Virus record (IMG/VR): IMGVR_UViG_3300032038_009890
Location: 64,001 to 128,000 of that record
Origin: a virus
Lineage: Duplodnaviria > Caudoviricetes
DNA: 64,000 nt
Reading direction: 5' to 3' (one strand)
In this document: in pieces, positions 11,525-23,936 of the stretch
How positions within the stretch are numbered: position 1 is the first letter of the stretch
How the letters are laid out: the number at the start of each line of letters is the position of its first letter
Translations under genes and position numbers: made by a program
Notes under the pieces: generated by a model
The model's input: only the letters and a program-made list of their open reading frames with translations
Told to the model about the DNA's origin: nothing
Database searches by the model: none

Positions 11525-12756
11525 ATAATATCACCGTCCTTAATCATCTTTAGATATGGCAATTTAATTAAATCTATATAAATTTGTTTCCACCTATCAT
11601 CATCTGAGTTTGCAGCATATTTTATAATAGGTATTAACTGGTTATAGTTCAAATTAATTATATATTTGAATTTCATGTTATTGGGAATATAATTGATTAA
11701 AGATACTAAATCGTATCCATTCTTATTATATTCATTTAAAATTGAATTCAAATATATTAATGTATATTCCCAGCAATAACATTTCTCAAATAATTTATGC
11801 TCTTCGCTTGTAAATGAATCACCATAAATTACATTTTGCAAACCGCTTAAACTTCTATTTGTTATTTCTATCAGTTCTTTATAGGTGAGCCCTTCTTTTC
11901 TAAGTGCTTTAACTTTTTCATTATCCAAAGGACTATATTTCATGCTATTTTTATATGCGATGTAGCGTGTTTCTAACGTAATTCCGTCTAGATCATTTCG
12001 ATGTTTATGTAATTCGTTTTCACTTCGAGTGACCCATTCCAGATTTTCCAAGCTATTGTTACCTTTATTCCCATCTATATGATTTACTTCAAGTCCTTCA
12101 TTAGACCTATCCCCAAGCCACGCTTCTGCAACTAATCTATGTACCAATATTCTTTTTTTATATTTTCTACCTCCCATATTCATGTACCAATATCCATGTT
12201 CATCTTGTGTAGTTTCAATTTGTTTTCTTGAAAAATGCTTTATTCTTGTTCCAACAGAATCTGCTCTATCAAATGCCTTAGAGAACACTCGCCCATTTCT
12301 ATAAACTTCGTATTCTCTATCCCCTACTTTATAGATTTTATATTCATCCGTTTCGTAAGGAAATATTCTATCATGACTTCTTTTAACTTTTTTTGGATAA
12401 AAAACTTTTTCCATATCATTTGAAAGATAAAAGTCATCTACTGTATATTTTTCAATATTCTTTCCAATATTATAAGCGATATCAATTTTAAATAGGTCGG
12501 ATATATCATTTATCCATTTTAATGAACTCACTCCATTTAATTCAAATAATATAAAATCAGATAGCTTATTTATACAATTCGTCAATTTAGCATTAGTCAG
12601 AAATTCTTCTGTTGAATTCAATCCCTGAATAATATCATTTTCTTCATCACTACATTGTACTTCCGCAATATTCTTAATTACATCAATTCTTGTCAAGATT
12701 TTTAAGTTGATTGTATCATTAATATCTTCAAACATTTTAAATATCTGTTCTCGCAT
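11521..12756 (-). CDS. Protein with central HNH endonuclease domain
   Basis: VHRLVAEAW...EVNHIDGNKGNNSLENLEWVTRSEN. Confidence 0.85.
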   Translation of the reverse strand: MREQIFKMFEDINDTINLKILTRIDVIKNIAEVQCSDEENDIIQGLNSTEEFLTNAKLTNCINKLSDFILFELNGVSSLKWINDISDLFKIDIAYNIGKNIEKYTVDDFYLSNDMEKVFYPKKVKRSHDRIFPYETDEYKIYKVGDREYEVYRNGRVFSKAFDRADSVGTRIKHFSRKQIETTQDEHGYWYMNMGGRKYKKRILVHRLVAEAWLGDRSNEGLEVNHIDGNKGNNSLENLEWVTRSENELHKHRNDLDGITLETRYIAYKNSMKYSPLDNEKVKALRKEGLTYKELIEITNRSLSGLQNVIYGDSFTSEEHKLFEKCYCWEYTLIYLNSILNEYNKNGYDLVSLINYIPNNMKFKYIINLNYNQLIPIIKYAANSDDDRWKQIYIDLIKLPYLKMIKDGDII

Positions 12757-12999
12757 ATTTATTCTTTTACTCCAACCTTTCTCATATCCGGCCTAGTACT
12801 AAAGTGGTCAACCTCTTTCCACAACTCCTCATTCCCAGTCTTCTTCGACAGTGCGTCCAGAAACATATAGATACCGTCAAACGCATATCCCATATCAGTC
12901 CTATACTCCGTATCTCCGTAGATCAAATAACTTTCACCGCCCGGACTCCTGTCTAGTTCCACGCCAAATTCCACAAGTTCATTAAAACCAAAATATTTC

Positions 13000-13380
13000 T
13001 TATTCATCTTCATTACCTTGCATTTTTTCAAAAATATAGTCTACAACATCCTTGCCGTAGTTCGTCACTGCGGTTACGTTATCAGTTGTAATATAGCTAC
13101 TTGCTATCATTCCATAATATGTCTCTTTACTAGGAATTAACATTGTTCCAAGCAGTCCAATAATAGTAACAGGAATAAATATCTTTACAAATAGCTTGGA
13201 GTATTTGTATTCGTTACTTTTTGGACCATAATAATCATCGACTGCATAATTGATATACAGCCCCACAGATATGATTGTCACAATCGCTCCTATAGCAAGC
13301 GCTGTTATACAAACAATACTCAAGCCATCAAATACCTGTCCCAAATACACAATCCACGGACTTAAAATAGGATTCATCAC
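13000..13380 (-). CDS. Membrane protein, paralog of 5267..5644
   Basis: Shared motifs and hydrophobic helices. Confidence 0.75.
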   Translation of the reverse strand: MMNPILSPWIVYLGQVFDGLSIVCITALAIGAIVTIISVGLYINYAVDDYYGPKSNEYKYSKLFVKIFIPVTIIGLLGTMLIPSKETYYGMIASSYITTDNVTAVTNYGKDVVDYIFEKMQGNEDE

Positions 13381-16229
13381 TTCTCCTCATTCATTTAATT
13401 AAAAATTATTCAATATATAACAACATCATAAGAACATCTAAACTGTGGTTCTTCATCACCATACAGATACACCTCTAATGTTTTCTTATAAGCTTGTTCA
13501 AAATTATATTCGAAATTCTCTAGCCACTGATCATGCTTTAGAAAATATTCAAGCACTACAATTGCGCATTGAAGGCATCTGTGAACGTGCCATTCATTGC
13601 TATTTATTGGTTCCTCCATGCTTTCAAGAAGCTGATAATCATGATTCTTTAATATTTCTAAACATTTCTCAATTCTATGAATCTTAATTGTGTCTTTTAT
13701 ATCATTCGAACAAAATGCTATAAACAGCAATATAAATAACGTGCTAGATATAACTAAGATTCCAGTTCCAGAAATCATCGTTATTTCCTTAATTAATCAA
13801 TGTAGTCTTTTATAACCTGAATATCATCCGCATATTCTCCAGAAAAATAATCAAGCATATAAACAGTTCTTCCATCTGAAGTAAAATTGAACTGCTGATA
13901 TATTGGCACGCCACGGTAATACTCTACTATATGTCTTTTTATATACTCATCTCGATGTTCTTCGCAACAAAAGCGCAATTTATATAATCCTAAAGGATAG
14001 CGTACCAGATAAGAGTATCTATCACCGTCAAATTTATTTTTACAAATATGACAAGTGCAGTTTATATTCATCTTACTAATATCTCCCCAAATTCAAGCTT
14101 ATCATCAATTAGAGTTTTGCCATCAGTCAAATCCACCTCAATAAGCCTTTTCATAATATCAAAACTACTAGTATGCTTTTCTATAAAATCAGAAGTTTTT
14201 TGACTCATTATTAAATATGGTACTTTATTAAATATTCTGTAAAAGCTATTAATTTCTTTTGCTAATTCTTCTGCTTTAATCTCAACTGCTTTCATTACTG
14301 CAACTCCTCATATTTTGGCACAAATTGCAATTCAAGTTCTTCTGTTTCAAATTCGTTTTCTAACACATCTATATTAGTATTGATCCAATTCCTGATTTCA
14401 ATCATAACATCTTCTCTGTAATGGTTGAATACGCTTTCATCTCTCCATGGTTGCTCATCATACATATATTCCAACATGGCAAACAAACATATACGTTCCC
14501 AGATTGACAATTCCATCAAATACTCAAGTATTGCCTTTGCTAGATACTTTTCTATTCCTTTATAAAGATCATCTTTTCCAGATATTATATCGTCATATAT
14601 AATATTAATTGCAGATGTGTAAATATTATCATCGTCAACTATTACATGAAGCATTCCACCAACAGCGCAGCCAGAAATGTCATATAATAACCCAATTAGT
14701 TCTGCAAGAATATTATATCTTTCATTATATTCAATAGTGATTGCAATTTTGTTCATAATCACCTCGTCTCCTCATACGCAAACTTAGGCTCTAAATTCTT
14801 ATCTAGTCTGTCAAATCCACTCTTCAACCGCATCCCCATCACTTCCATCAGCGCATCACAGGCGTTCCGTTTATGCTCTAGGCGAGGTTCTTTTCTAGCG
14901 CAGATTTTTTCGGCAACTTCAGGTTTATAACTACTCTTTGGTTCACCATTATTACGAAGCGTAGTATATTCAATCCGCCAAAAGTTCAGTAATCTACAGC
15001 AGATTTCTTTATATGCCAGAGGAGGATCCCATCCTTTTTCAGCAATCTTATTATAGTCGATATATTTTTCTAGCCACTCAGGTACAAAGTACATAAAGTC
15101 ATCCGGCACAAAATAATGCCAAGTGTTAATATAAGACGTATCTTTAGAAAGCGGCAAATTCCGCATCCAGTTACCTTTTGGTAGTTTCTTTCCCATTATT
15201 TCTCTCACATTCTGTTATAAATATAATCTGTCACATATGATAGCTCTTTTATTTTTTGAATAGTAGCCGTTAATATTTGCGTAATAATATATTCAAACAT
15301 CATAGATGTATCGCTAGTAAGTAGTTCTCCAGTAGCATCAACAATTGTCACGTTGCCTACATCTATAGACAAGTCATCGTTAACAACTCCAATAGTCACA
15401 TAATGAGAATCCGACACATCATCTGGTATCAGCAACGAAATATTCAGTTCCTTATCATCAGCATTCAACCAGAGCAATAAGTCGCCAAATTCTTCTTTGT
15501 TGTTCTCCCAGTAATAGTAAAGTTCTTTAAGTTTTTCCATACATCTCCGTTCTCTTACAACTCCACCTTTTCGCCCAGAATATCAACATATTCTTTCTTT
15601 GTACCAAACAACTCTTTTACACTGTCCCTGTTCACAAAGCTGCGCAGATACTCATAACTCTCGCCCTCATCATGCACAGCTATAGAAGCTAACTGCAACA
15701 GAACCTCTCCGCAAAGTTCCACAGGCGCATTGTTTACATCTAATACATCGGACCCATTATGCCTAAACCTATACAATTCCTCAATAAGTTCCGCAAAATT
15801 TTCCTTTACAGGGCCGTTAAGCGTATCAACTACTCCACTCTTATCTAACGTAATCAGCTTATATGTATGGTCGCAATCTGAGAATATCAGTCCTATCTTG
15901 TCATCACGCTTGCCGACAAAAATATGCATCTCGGCCAACTTATCTCGCAGAGTATCTAAATAGCCATAAATTCTTTTGGTATCAATCATTTCATTACCTC
16001 ACGTAAATTTCACCAAAAGACAGGTCATTATCAATCAAAATTTTATTCCCACGCCACCTATTAATATCCCCGATATATTCATTATCAATATCAAATAGTG
16101 GTACATTTTCAGACGACAGAATACTTTGCGCCGTTTCTTTGTTGCAGATAATATATGCTTTCATCTCAACAAGCGCTTCGAATCTATCTATTTCGTTCTT
16201 TAATGCGTCTAAGTTTAGTTGTGCATAGT

Positions 16230-16325
16230 TCATCCTTTCTCCTCCTTATACGGCACTGGAACTTCTATCTCCATCCAAGCGGTCGCTTTCTCATATGCAA
16301 TGTTCTTCTTGTTGTTAATATTGTG
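16230..16325 (-). pseudogene. 3' remnant of a DUF551-like gene
   Basis: Frame reads HNINNKKNIAYEKATAWMEIEVPVPYKEEKG*, matching the end of the 4641 protein; out of frame with the nearest upstream ATG. Confidence 0.55.
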
Positions 16326-18071
16326 GCTATTACAGCAACTATAACACTATAATGCACTTTCATTTAATTCCCATCTTTTCTAGTTCTTCGTCGATAACTT
16401 TACAATATTCAAAGTCATCGCAATCTTTACGATTTATATCAAGAAGATTATAAAATTCCTCCCTACTCAGAAGAAATTCTCCGTACTTATCTCCAAGCAT
16501 GATGCCAATCATAAACTCTATAAGGACATCATAGTCAATAATGTCACTATAATCCTTATCCCAATCGTATTCTGTAGCATTCCTAACTATTTCATTTTGT
16601 AACAAAGCGCCATATACAACGTTCTGCCCATTAAAATAGCCATTTGATTCAAGTGCGCCAATACGATCATATTTAAATACATCATCCGATGTCTTTATAT
16701 AGATATATAATCTATCTTCATACTCATTGACCTTTAAGCAGATATCTTTAAACTTTCCTTGAATAATTTGCGCAGACCAATAATCATATACTCTTTGTAA
16801 ATTTATCATATCAGGCTTTTGCTCCAATCATAACTTATCCCGCTAGTTTTTATTGCTCTAGATATCATCAGATATTTCAACTTGATTTCATCATAATCTA
16901 ACACAATAGAGGTTAACATCCAATCCAACATTTCTGTAATCAAATCATCATAATATTCTCTTGAAAGTAATTCATTCAAACTATAATCGCGCCAATCATT
17001 TATTACTCCTCTATTTATGAGTATCTGACGCACTATATTAAAGCCAAAGAAATATCCATAATCATCAAGGAAATATTCACGATCAAATGTTTCATCAATT
17101 TTAACCAGTAATGTTTTTGTTACTATTTTATAATTGTCATCTATCAATTCAATGCTTATTCCATTGAACATATGCTGTTTGAGTTTCTCATTCCAGTAAT
17201 TATAAAAATCGACAAGGTTTACCACTTATGACTCTCCAAACATAATTTTCATAATAATTTTATTTAGAATACCCAATCTTTTTCTTACTATTATCTTGTC
17301 CAGATCATCACCTATATCTGTAATCTTACATTTCTCAATTGTGATATTATATGTTCCATCATTATTCGCAGTTATTTTGTAATCTGCATATTTATTTGCT
17401 ATATATAAATCATCGTTGTTTGCAATAATTACTCCATAATTCAACGGTGAATTAATATCAAAGTCTTTTTTATTCATGTTTTCCTCCATAAATTTATATT
17501 ATGTGCAATAGTCTTCGCTTGTATAACTAATCCATCCATAATCAAAATTTTTGCAAACTATTACATAATAATTATTCTCATTGATGTTGTTAAAAATACA
17601 TATAAATGTATTCCCTGATTCAATATAATAAAAACAATTCTCTGGATATCTGTGAAGATGATCTATTCCACGACGTATATATCTTACTATTTCATCATCT
17701 TCAATATTTATACCATTTACGCTACTTCTAAAATGATTTGGATATTCAAGATTATCATATGTTGTCTTGAATTGTATTTCATCGCACTTAATGCGTTGTT
17801 TTTGATTGCACACCGGACATGTTATATATGGATATTCTATATCATCTTCATATTTGCGGAATGAAAAATCATAACTCAAATCTTCTTGCTCTATCTCTAG
17901 TTCGGAATCACAATGCTCACAACTAATTCTCATCGGAAATAATTGTTTCTTATTTTTTTCTTTAATGATTTTCATATATCTTTGCCATTCTTTTTAAGAA
18001 ATCAAAAATTGCCCCGCTTTGATATTCTCTCCACGGGACAATGCTATTATTAAGATGTTTGCTTAACTATA

Positions 18072-18100
18072 ATTATACGAATAATTTGGCAATTTGTCAA
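18072..18100 (-). promoter_or_regulatory. SigmaA/sigma70 consensus promoter
   Basis: TTGACA-17 nt-TATAAT in an intergenic gap. Confidence 0.85.
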
Positions 18101-18513
18101 GCAGTTTTATTCTATAGTTACTTTACGCCTATCTTATTTATAAGTCTCTCTATAGGACTCATCGTAAAGTGGGTCAGTAACATGATCGTATGTGCTTAAA
18201 AGCGTATTGATCATAAGATCGATTACAAAATTATCGTATTTCTTCTTCGGATATTCGTCATAATACTGATAAAACTTATCTTCAAGATCAGCTTCACTCA
18301 TATTAGCGACCTCATCGTTATTTACGTTATCCTTAAGGAACTGGCAGAAAATCTGTACCACTTCGTCAATTCTATCTCTGATCTCAAAAGTAATATCATC
18401 AATATGCTTATGATATTTTTTGAGATAAGTCTGCCAAACAGGGTCTTTCTCAATAGCTTCCGCATGGTTATCAATATAATCCATCAGTTCTTGATTGCTA
18501 AAATACGCTTTCA

Positions 18514-19392
18514 TTATTTTTCCCCTATCATGTGCAAGAAATCAACCTCAGAAATAATTGGAATACCAAGGTCCTGCGCCTTTTTATTCTTACTAGATGT
18601 GCTATTGATATCATTATTTATCAGGTAGCTTGTATTTTTACTTACTGAACTAGCCACCTTTCCTCCGAGAGCAGTAATCTTATTTACATACATATCACGG
18701 TTCCCACCATTAAGCTTTCCAGTGATTACAAAATTTTTGCCTACCAAAGAAACTCCCCGTAAATCCATTTCGCTAGAAGAATCAGTAGGATTAGTGGAGA
18801 GAATATCACCAGAAGTGCTATTGCCACCAATCCGAAGACAAGAAACAAGAGAACAAAGCTGATCACTATTATCACGGAACCAATTGTGGATATTATCGCT
18901 GATAACTCTTCCAAATCCATCTATCTCCTTAAAATCATATTTATTAGTTGCCGCCTTATCGAATGCCTCCCATTTCTTAAATTTATTGGCTAGGACTTTA
19001 CTCTGGGCAGGACCAATGCCGGGGATACTTAAAGCACAAATAAAATGCGCCAGATCAACATCACGGGACTTTTCGATGGCAGAGAGAAGCTTGTCAATTG
19101 ATCTTTTACCAAATCCAGGAACGGTCTCCAACCTTGCGCGATGGTCTTTTAAATTGTAGATGTCACTAAATCTATTGATGATTCCAAGGTTAATGAATAC
19201 CTCTAGATTCTTCTCGGAAAGCCCGTCAATATCCATGCCACGCTTGGAGACGAAGTGGACAAATCTTCCAAGGAGCTTGCCTGAGCAGTTGGGATTAGTA
19301 CAATAAAGCACTTCGCTATCATCTGTAAATTTTATAATTGTATTTTCGCCGCAATTTGGGCATTTTCGAGGTATATTAAAATAATCCAACAT
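18514..19392 (-). CDS. ligA: NAD-dependent DNA ligase, C-terminal half (Zn finger, HhH, BRCT)
   Basis: IPRKCPNCG...CTNPNC, FVSKRGMDIDGLSEK, PGFGKRS, FVITGKL...SVSKNTSYLI. In-frame ATG at 19392; the frame is continuous with the upstream endonuclease. Confidence 0.88.
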   Translation of the reverse strand: MLDYFNIPRKCPNCGENTIIKFTDDSEVLYCTNPNCSGKLLGRFVHFVSKRGMDIDGLSEKNLEVFINLGIINRFSDIYNLKDHRARLETVPGFGKRSIDKLLSAIEKSRDVDLAHFICALSIPGIGPAQSKVLANKFKKWEAFDKAATNKYDFKEIDGFGRVISDNIHNWFRDNSDQLCSLVSCLRIGGNSTSGDILSTNPTDSSSEMDLRGVSLVGKNFVITGKLNGGNRDMYVNKITALGGKVASSVSKNTSYLINNDINSTSSKNKKAQDLGIPIISEVDFLHMIGEK

Positions 19393-20348
19393 TTCTTCTT
19401 CATTCCTTATCAAGTATTCAGTGGTTTCAAGTTGCAGATCTTCTAATTTTAATAAATCTCTATGTTTATAAGGTATTCTTATGATCGGAATATTATTACG
19501 CAAACAATATAATGTTTTATATAGATCGTTATATCTGATCTTTTTATATTTTCGTTCAGCATCATCTTCGTCTGCCGCAAAATATAATTCCTGTTTAAAA
19601 TGTTGTCTGCCATCAAATTCTATTATATATTGTTTATTAACATAAAAATCAAAATATCCATAATATCCACTATCAGGGAATCTACATCCTTCAAAATATT
19701 TGCCCGTTTCATATTCTATATTCTTTTCATTAAATATTTCTTTTATTTTCTTTTCTCCATAAGACCCCTATAAACATCCACATGATATTTTTTTTGATTG
19801 TAATAAATCGTCACTTGTTGCTTCAATTTTTCTTCCACATTCGCATAAACAAAGCCACGTTGGTCTACAATTCTCATCTTGTTTTATTCTTTTTATTACT
19901 TTTAGCATTCCAAATGTTTGTCCAGTCAAATCAAATGCTCGGTTTTTGTTATTTTTTATAAGTATTTCTTTAGAAAGGCATCCACAAGAAGTCGTATTTC
20001 CACTTTTCAATCTTTCACTTGAAACATATATTTCATTATGTTCGTCACAACTACACCTACACTTCCATATCATTGTCCTTCTCTTATCATCTCTTCCTGC
20101 AAGATTTAAAACAGTTAATCTACCAAATACCTATCCAGTAAGATCCTCGTAACTATGATTTAAACATCCACATGATTTTTTTCTTCCACTCTTTAATTCA
20201 TATGTGCAAGCATAAACAATTGAATTTTCACTACCGCAATCACATATACATTTCCATATTATTTGTCCATCTTTACTTCTATCATTTGTTTTTTCTATTA
20301 CAGTTAGATTGCCAAATTTCTATCCAATTAAATTATATCCTTTTGCCA

Positions 20349-20349
<1 letters not shown>
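19393..20349 (-). mobile_element. Homing endonuclease (three Cys-rich repeats + Vsr/EDxHD-like nuclease) inserted in ligA; contains three in-frame TAG
   Basis: ATG at 20349 overlaps the ligase TAA. Repeats NLIG*KFGNLTV, DLTG*VFGRLTV, DLTGQTFGMLKV; nuclease FDFYV...IEFDGRQH...DLYKTLYCLRNNIPIIRIPY. Confidence 0.85.
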
Positions 20350-21455
<1,106 letters not shown>

Positions 21456-23506
21456 TCACCTCAAAAATAAGCAGTTCTCGTTTCATTAGTGTCGTGATTA
21501 ATAATAGTAACTCTTCGTTCCTTACCACTGAAGTCAACATCATAATTATCTTCCGACATTATTCTAACATATTCATCATAATTAATTTCGCCAGAATCAA
21601 GACGATTTCCCGCATCAATCCATTTATTGTACAGATAATCACCCATAGCTTCTTTAAAAGCTAAACTCATATTTTCGTCCATATTACCCCTCTCTTACGA
21701 ACAGATATGTGCCTTTATGCTTGCCACGATTTTCATATATAAATTCGCCGCCGGGCATAAATCTTCTCACATAGTAATTAATACTATGCTTTTCTCCCCA
21801 TATCTCTTGTAACTTTCCTACGATTTCATCAACTTTAGTTTTTGTATAATGTCTGCCAGATTTTATATTCTCATTGCGAAACAGATTGACGCTTCTTCTA
21901 TATATTTCCTCGCTTGTCATAATCTAAATTTCCCATCCTTATCACGGCGAATCCCCGGAAGTAAATTCAGACTCTTTACTTCTTGCAGATCAAACGTATC
22001 ATCATCCACGTCTACAAACTTCTGGCCTAATCCACTCAGAGTCAGCGCATAAATCTCAAGAAACTTCTCCGTAATCCCTTCAGTGATCGTTGCTGTATTC
22101 TTCATACGTCCATCATCATTTTCCCAGAGTCAACCGTGATAAGGCGCTTCGCTCTGCCAGTAATCGAGATAGAAGATGTTCTTCTCGTAGAATTCTTCTA
22201 ACTTAGTTTTCAGATCGACAAGTTCGTTAAATAATCCCACCATTGGCACTGGGCGGAGATCATATTCCTCGATTAGCTTGTTGATTTCTTCATGCGAATA
22301 CTCAAAATTGCCATGCTTAGTAAGACATGATTTGAATTTCATAGGCTTAATGTCCTCCAAGTTTTAAATCTTTCCCACAACGAAGGATGCTCTTCGTCAT
22401 ACGCCTTTTGAATTTCATTCATTAGGTGTAGAAAAATTGCCGTTTCGGTATATCCACCGATAGGAATCCCAGAGTTAACCTTTGTATGCATATCTACGAA
22501 TTCCTCGACATATTCTTCGCCGAACTCTCTCCTGACGTATTCTTTGCCAAAGTCGAGAAGGGATTTCTTTTTTCTAAAAAACATATTCACACCTCACGGA
22601 CAGCCATCAAGCGCCCAATTCAAAACCCTGATTAGATTCTTAATATCTCTTTCCTCAAATATCAAAAAGCACGAATCTTCATCATAATCATAATCACAGG
22701 TGTCAACTGTTTCAAAGAAACCGTTATATCTTCCATCTCCTCCATCATCATTGATAACGCCACAAGATGCATCTGTACCGTTATCATCTAATTCTATCTG
22801 CATATTATTGCATCGTTCATCACCAAGAACATGACAAACACCATTAAATCCTAGGTTATCATATTTTCCATCACATGAACCGCAGATAACATTCAACCCA
22901 TAATATTCCATGTCACCATTATTGTATTTTGGATTACACTCTTGTGCAAACTCTGCAAACACAGTGCCATTCGGCATCTTAGCCAGTTCAGGCTGAGTAA
23001 CTATTTTCATTTTATTCCCCCTTTCTTATCATCCAGCTTCTCCGATTAATAATCAAAATAGCCAACTCTCGTTTCATTTTTATCACGATCAACAAAAGTA
23101 ATCTTACTTCTCTTAACATCAAATATAAGAGTATGATTTCCTGATACCATCCTCTCATACTCCTCGTAATTTATCTCATTACGCTCAAGCTTATCACCAG
23201 CCTCGACCCACTTATTATAAAACTCTTCACCCATAGCCAACTTAAATGCCTTTGCTAATTTTTCATTCATCTTTATTTGCCCTTTCATTAATCTCGTCCC
23301 AGATTCTGGGAGTAATCTCATAGTATCTCTCAGGCGGAGCATACGGGTCTTTTTCCTCTACATACTGCATAGCGAAAAAATCGTAGTACCCATGCTTACC
23401 TTTCTTTTCTAGTTCCTTAAATGTGCGCTCGATTATATCTGCGTTATAATCGAGCGCTGCACAGTTCTCAACAACATCTTTATACATTTTTTCTCTCTTC
23501 TAATAC

Positions 23507-23532
23507 AAAGGGCGCATCCGAAGATACGCCCT
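23507..23532 (-). terminator. Probable intrinsic terminator
   Basis: AGGGCGTATC-TTCG-GATGCGCCCT followed by a short T run, just after the 23543 stop. Confidence 0.55.
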
Positions 23533-23542
23533 GTAGTTTTCA

Positions 23543-23923
23543 TCAGTCCTTCAACAACTTCTCCAGTTCCTCTACGCTCATGCTCTCCAGAGCATTATCC
23601 TTCTTCTTCTCGATAATATCCATAATCTTCTGGTTCCTAGCCCTCTTCTCCACAGCATCCTTAGCCCTCTGCTGTTCGGCAAGCTTATCCTCTACGATCT
23701 CCTTAACAATCGCAATCTTCTCGCTAAGAACCGTATCCTCAGCATTTGCCTGAGTTAAGAGGGATTCCTCACTCTTCTGGCGCTCAATCTGCTTCAGCTT
23801 CTTATATACGGTGTCAAGGTCCCTAACATTCAGGTCCCAGAGATCCTCGACAGTAATCGCTCCCCGAAAATCAAAGCGATACTTCTTCCTCACAGCATTC
23901 TTAAAAAGATTCACATCAGCCAT
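23543..23923 (-). CDS. Phage coiled-coil protein
   Basis: RGAITVEDLWDL motif; directly follows the 684-aa gene. Confidence 0.75.
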   Translation of the reverse strand: MADVNLFKNAVRKKYRFDFRGAITVEDLWDLNVRDLDTVYKKLKQIERQKSEESLLTQANAEDTVLSEKIAIVKEIVEDKLAEQQRAKDAVEKRARNQKIMDIIEKKKDNALESMSVEELEKLLKD

Positions 23924-23936
23924 TTTCTTTTCTCCT

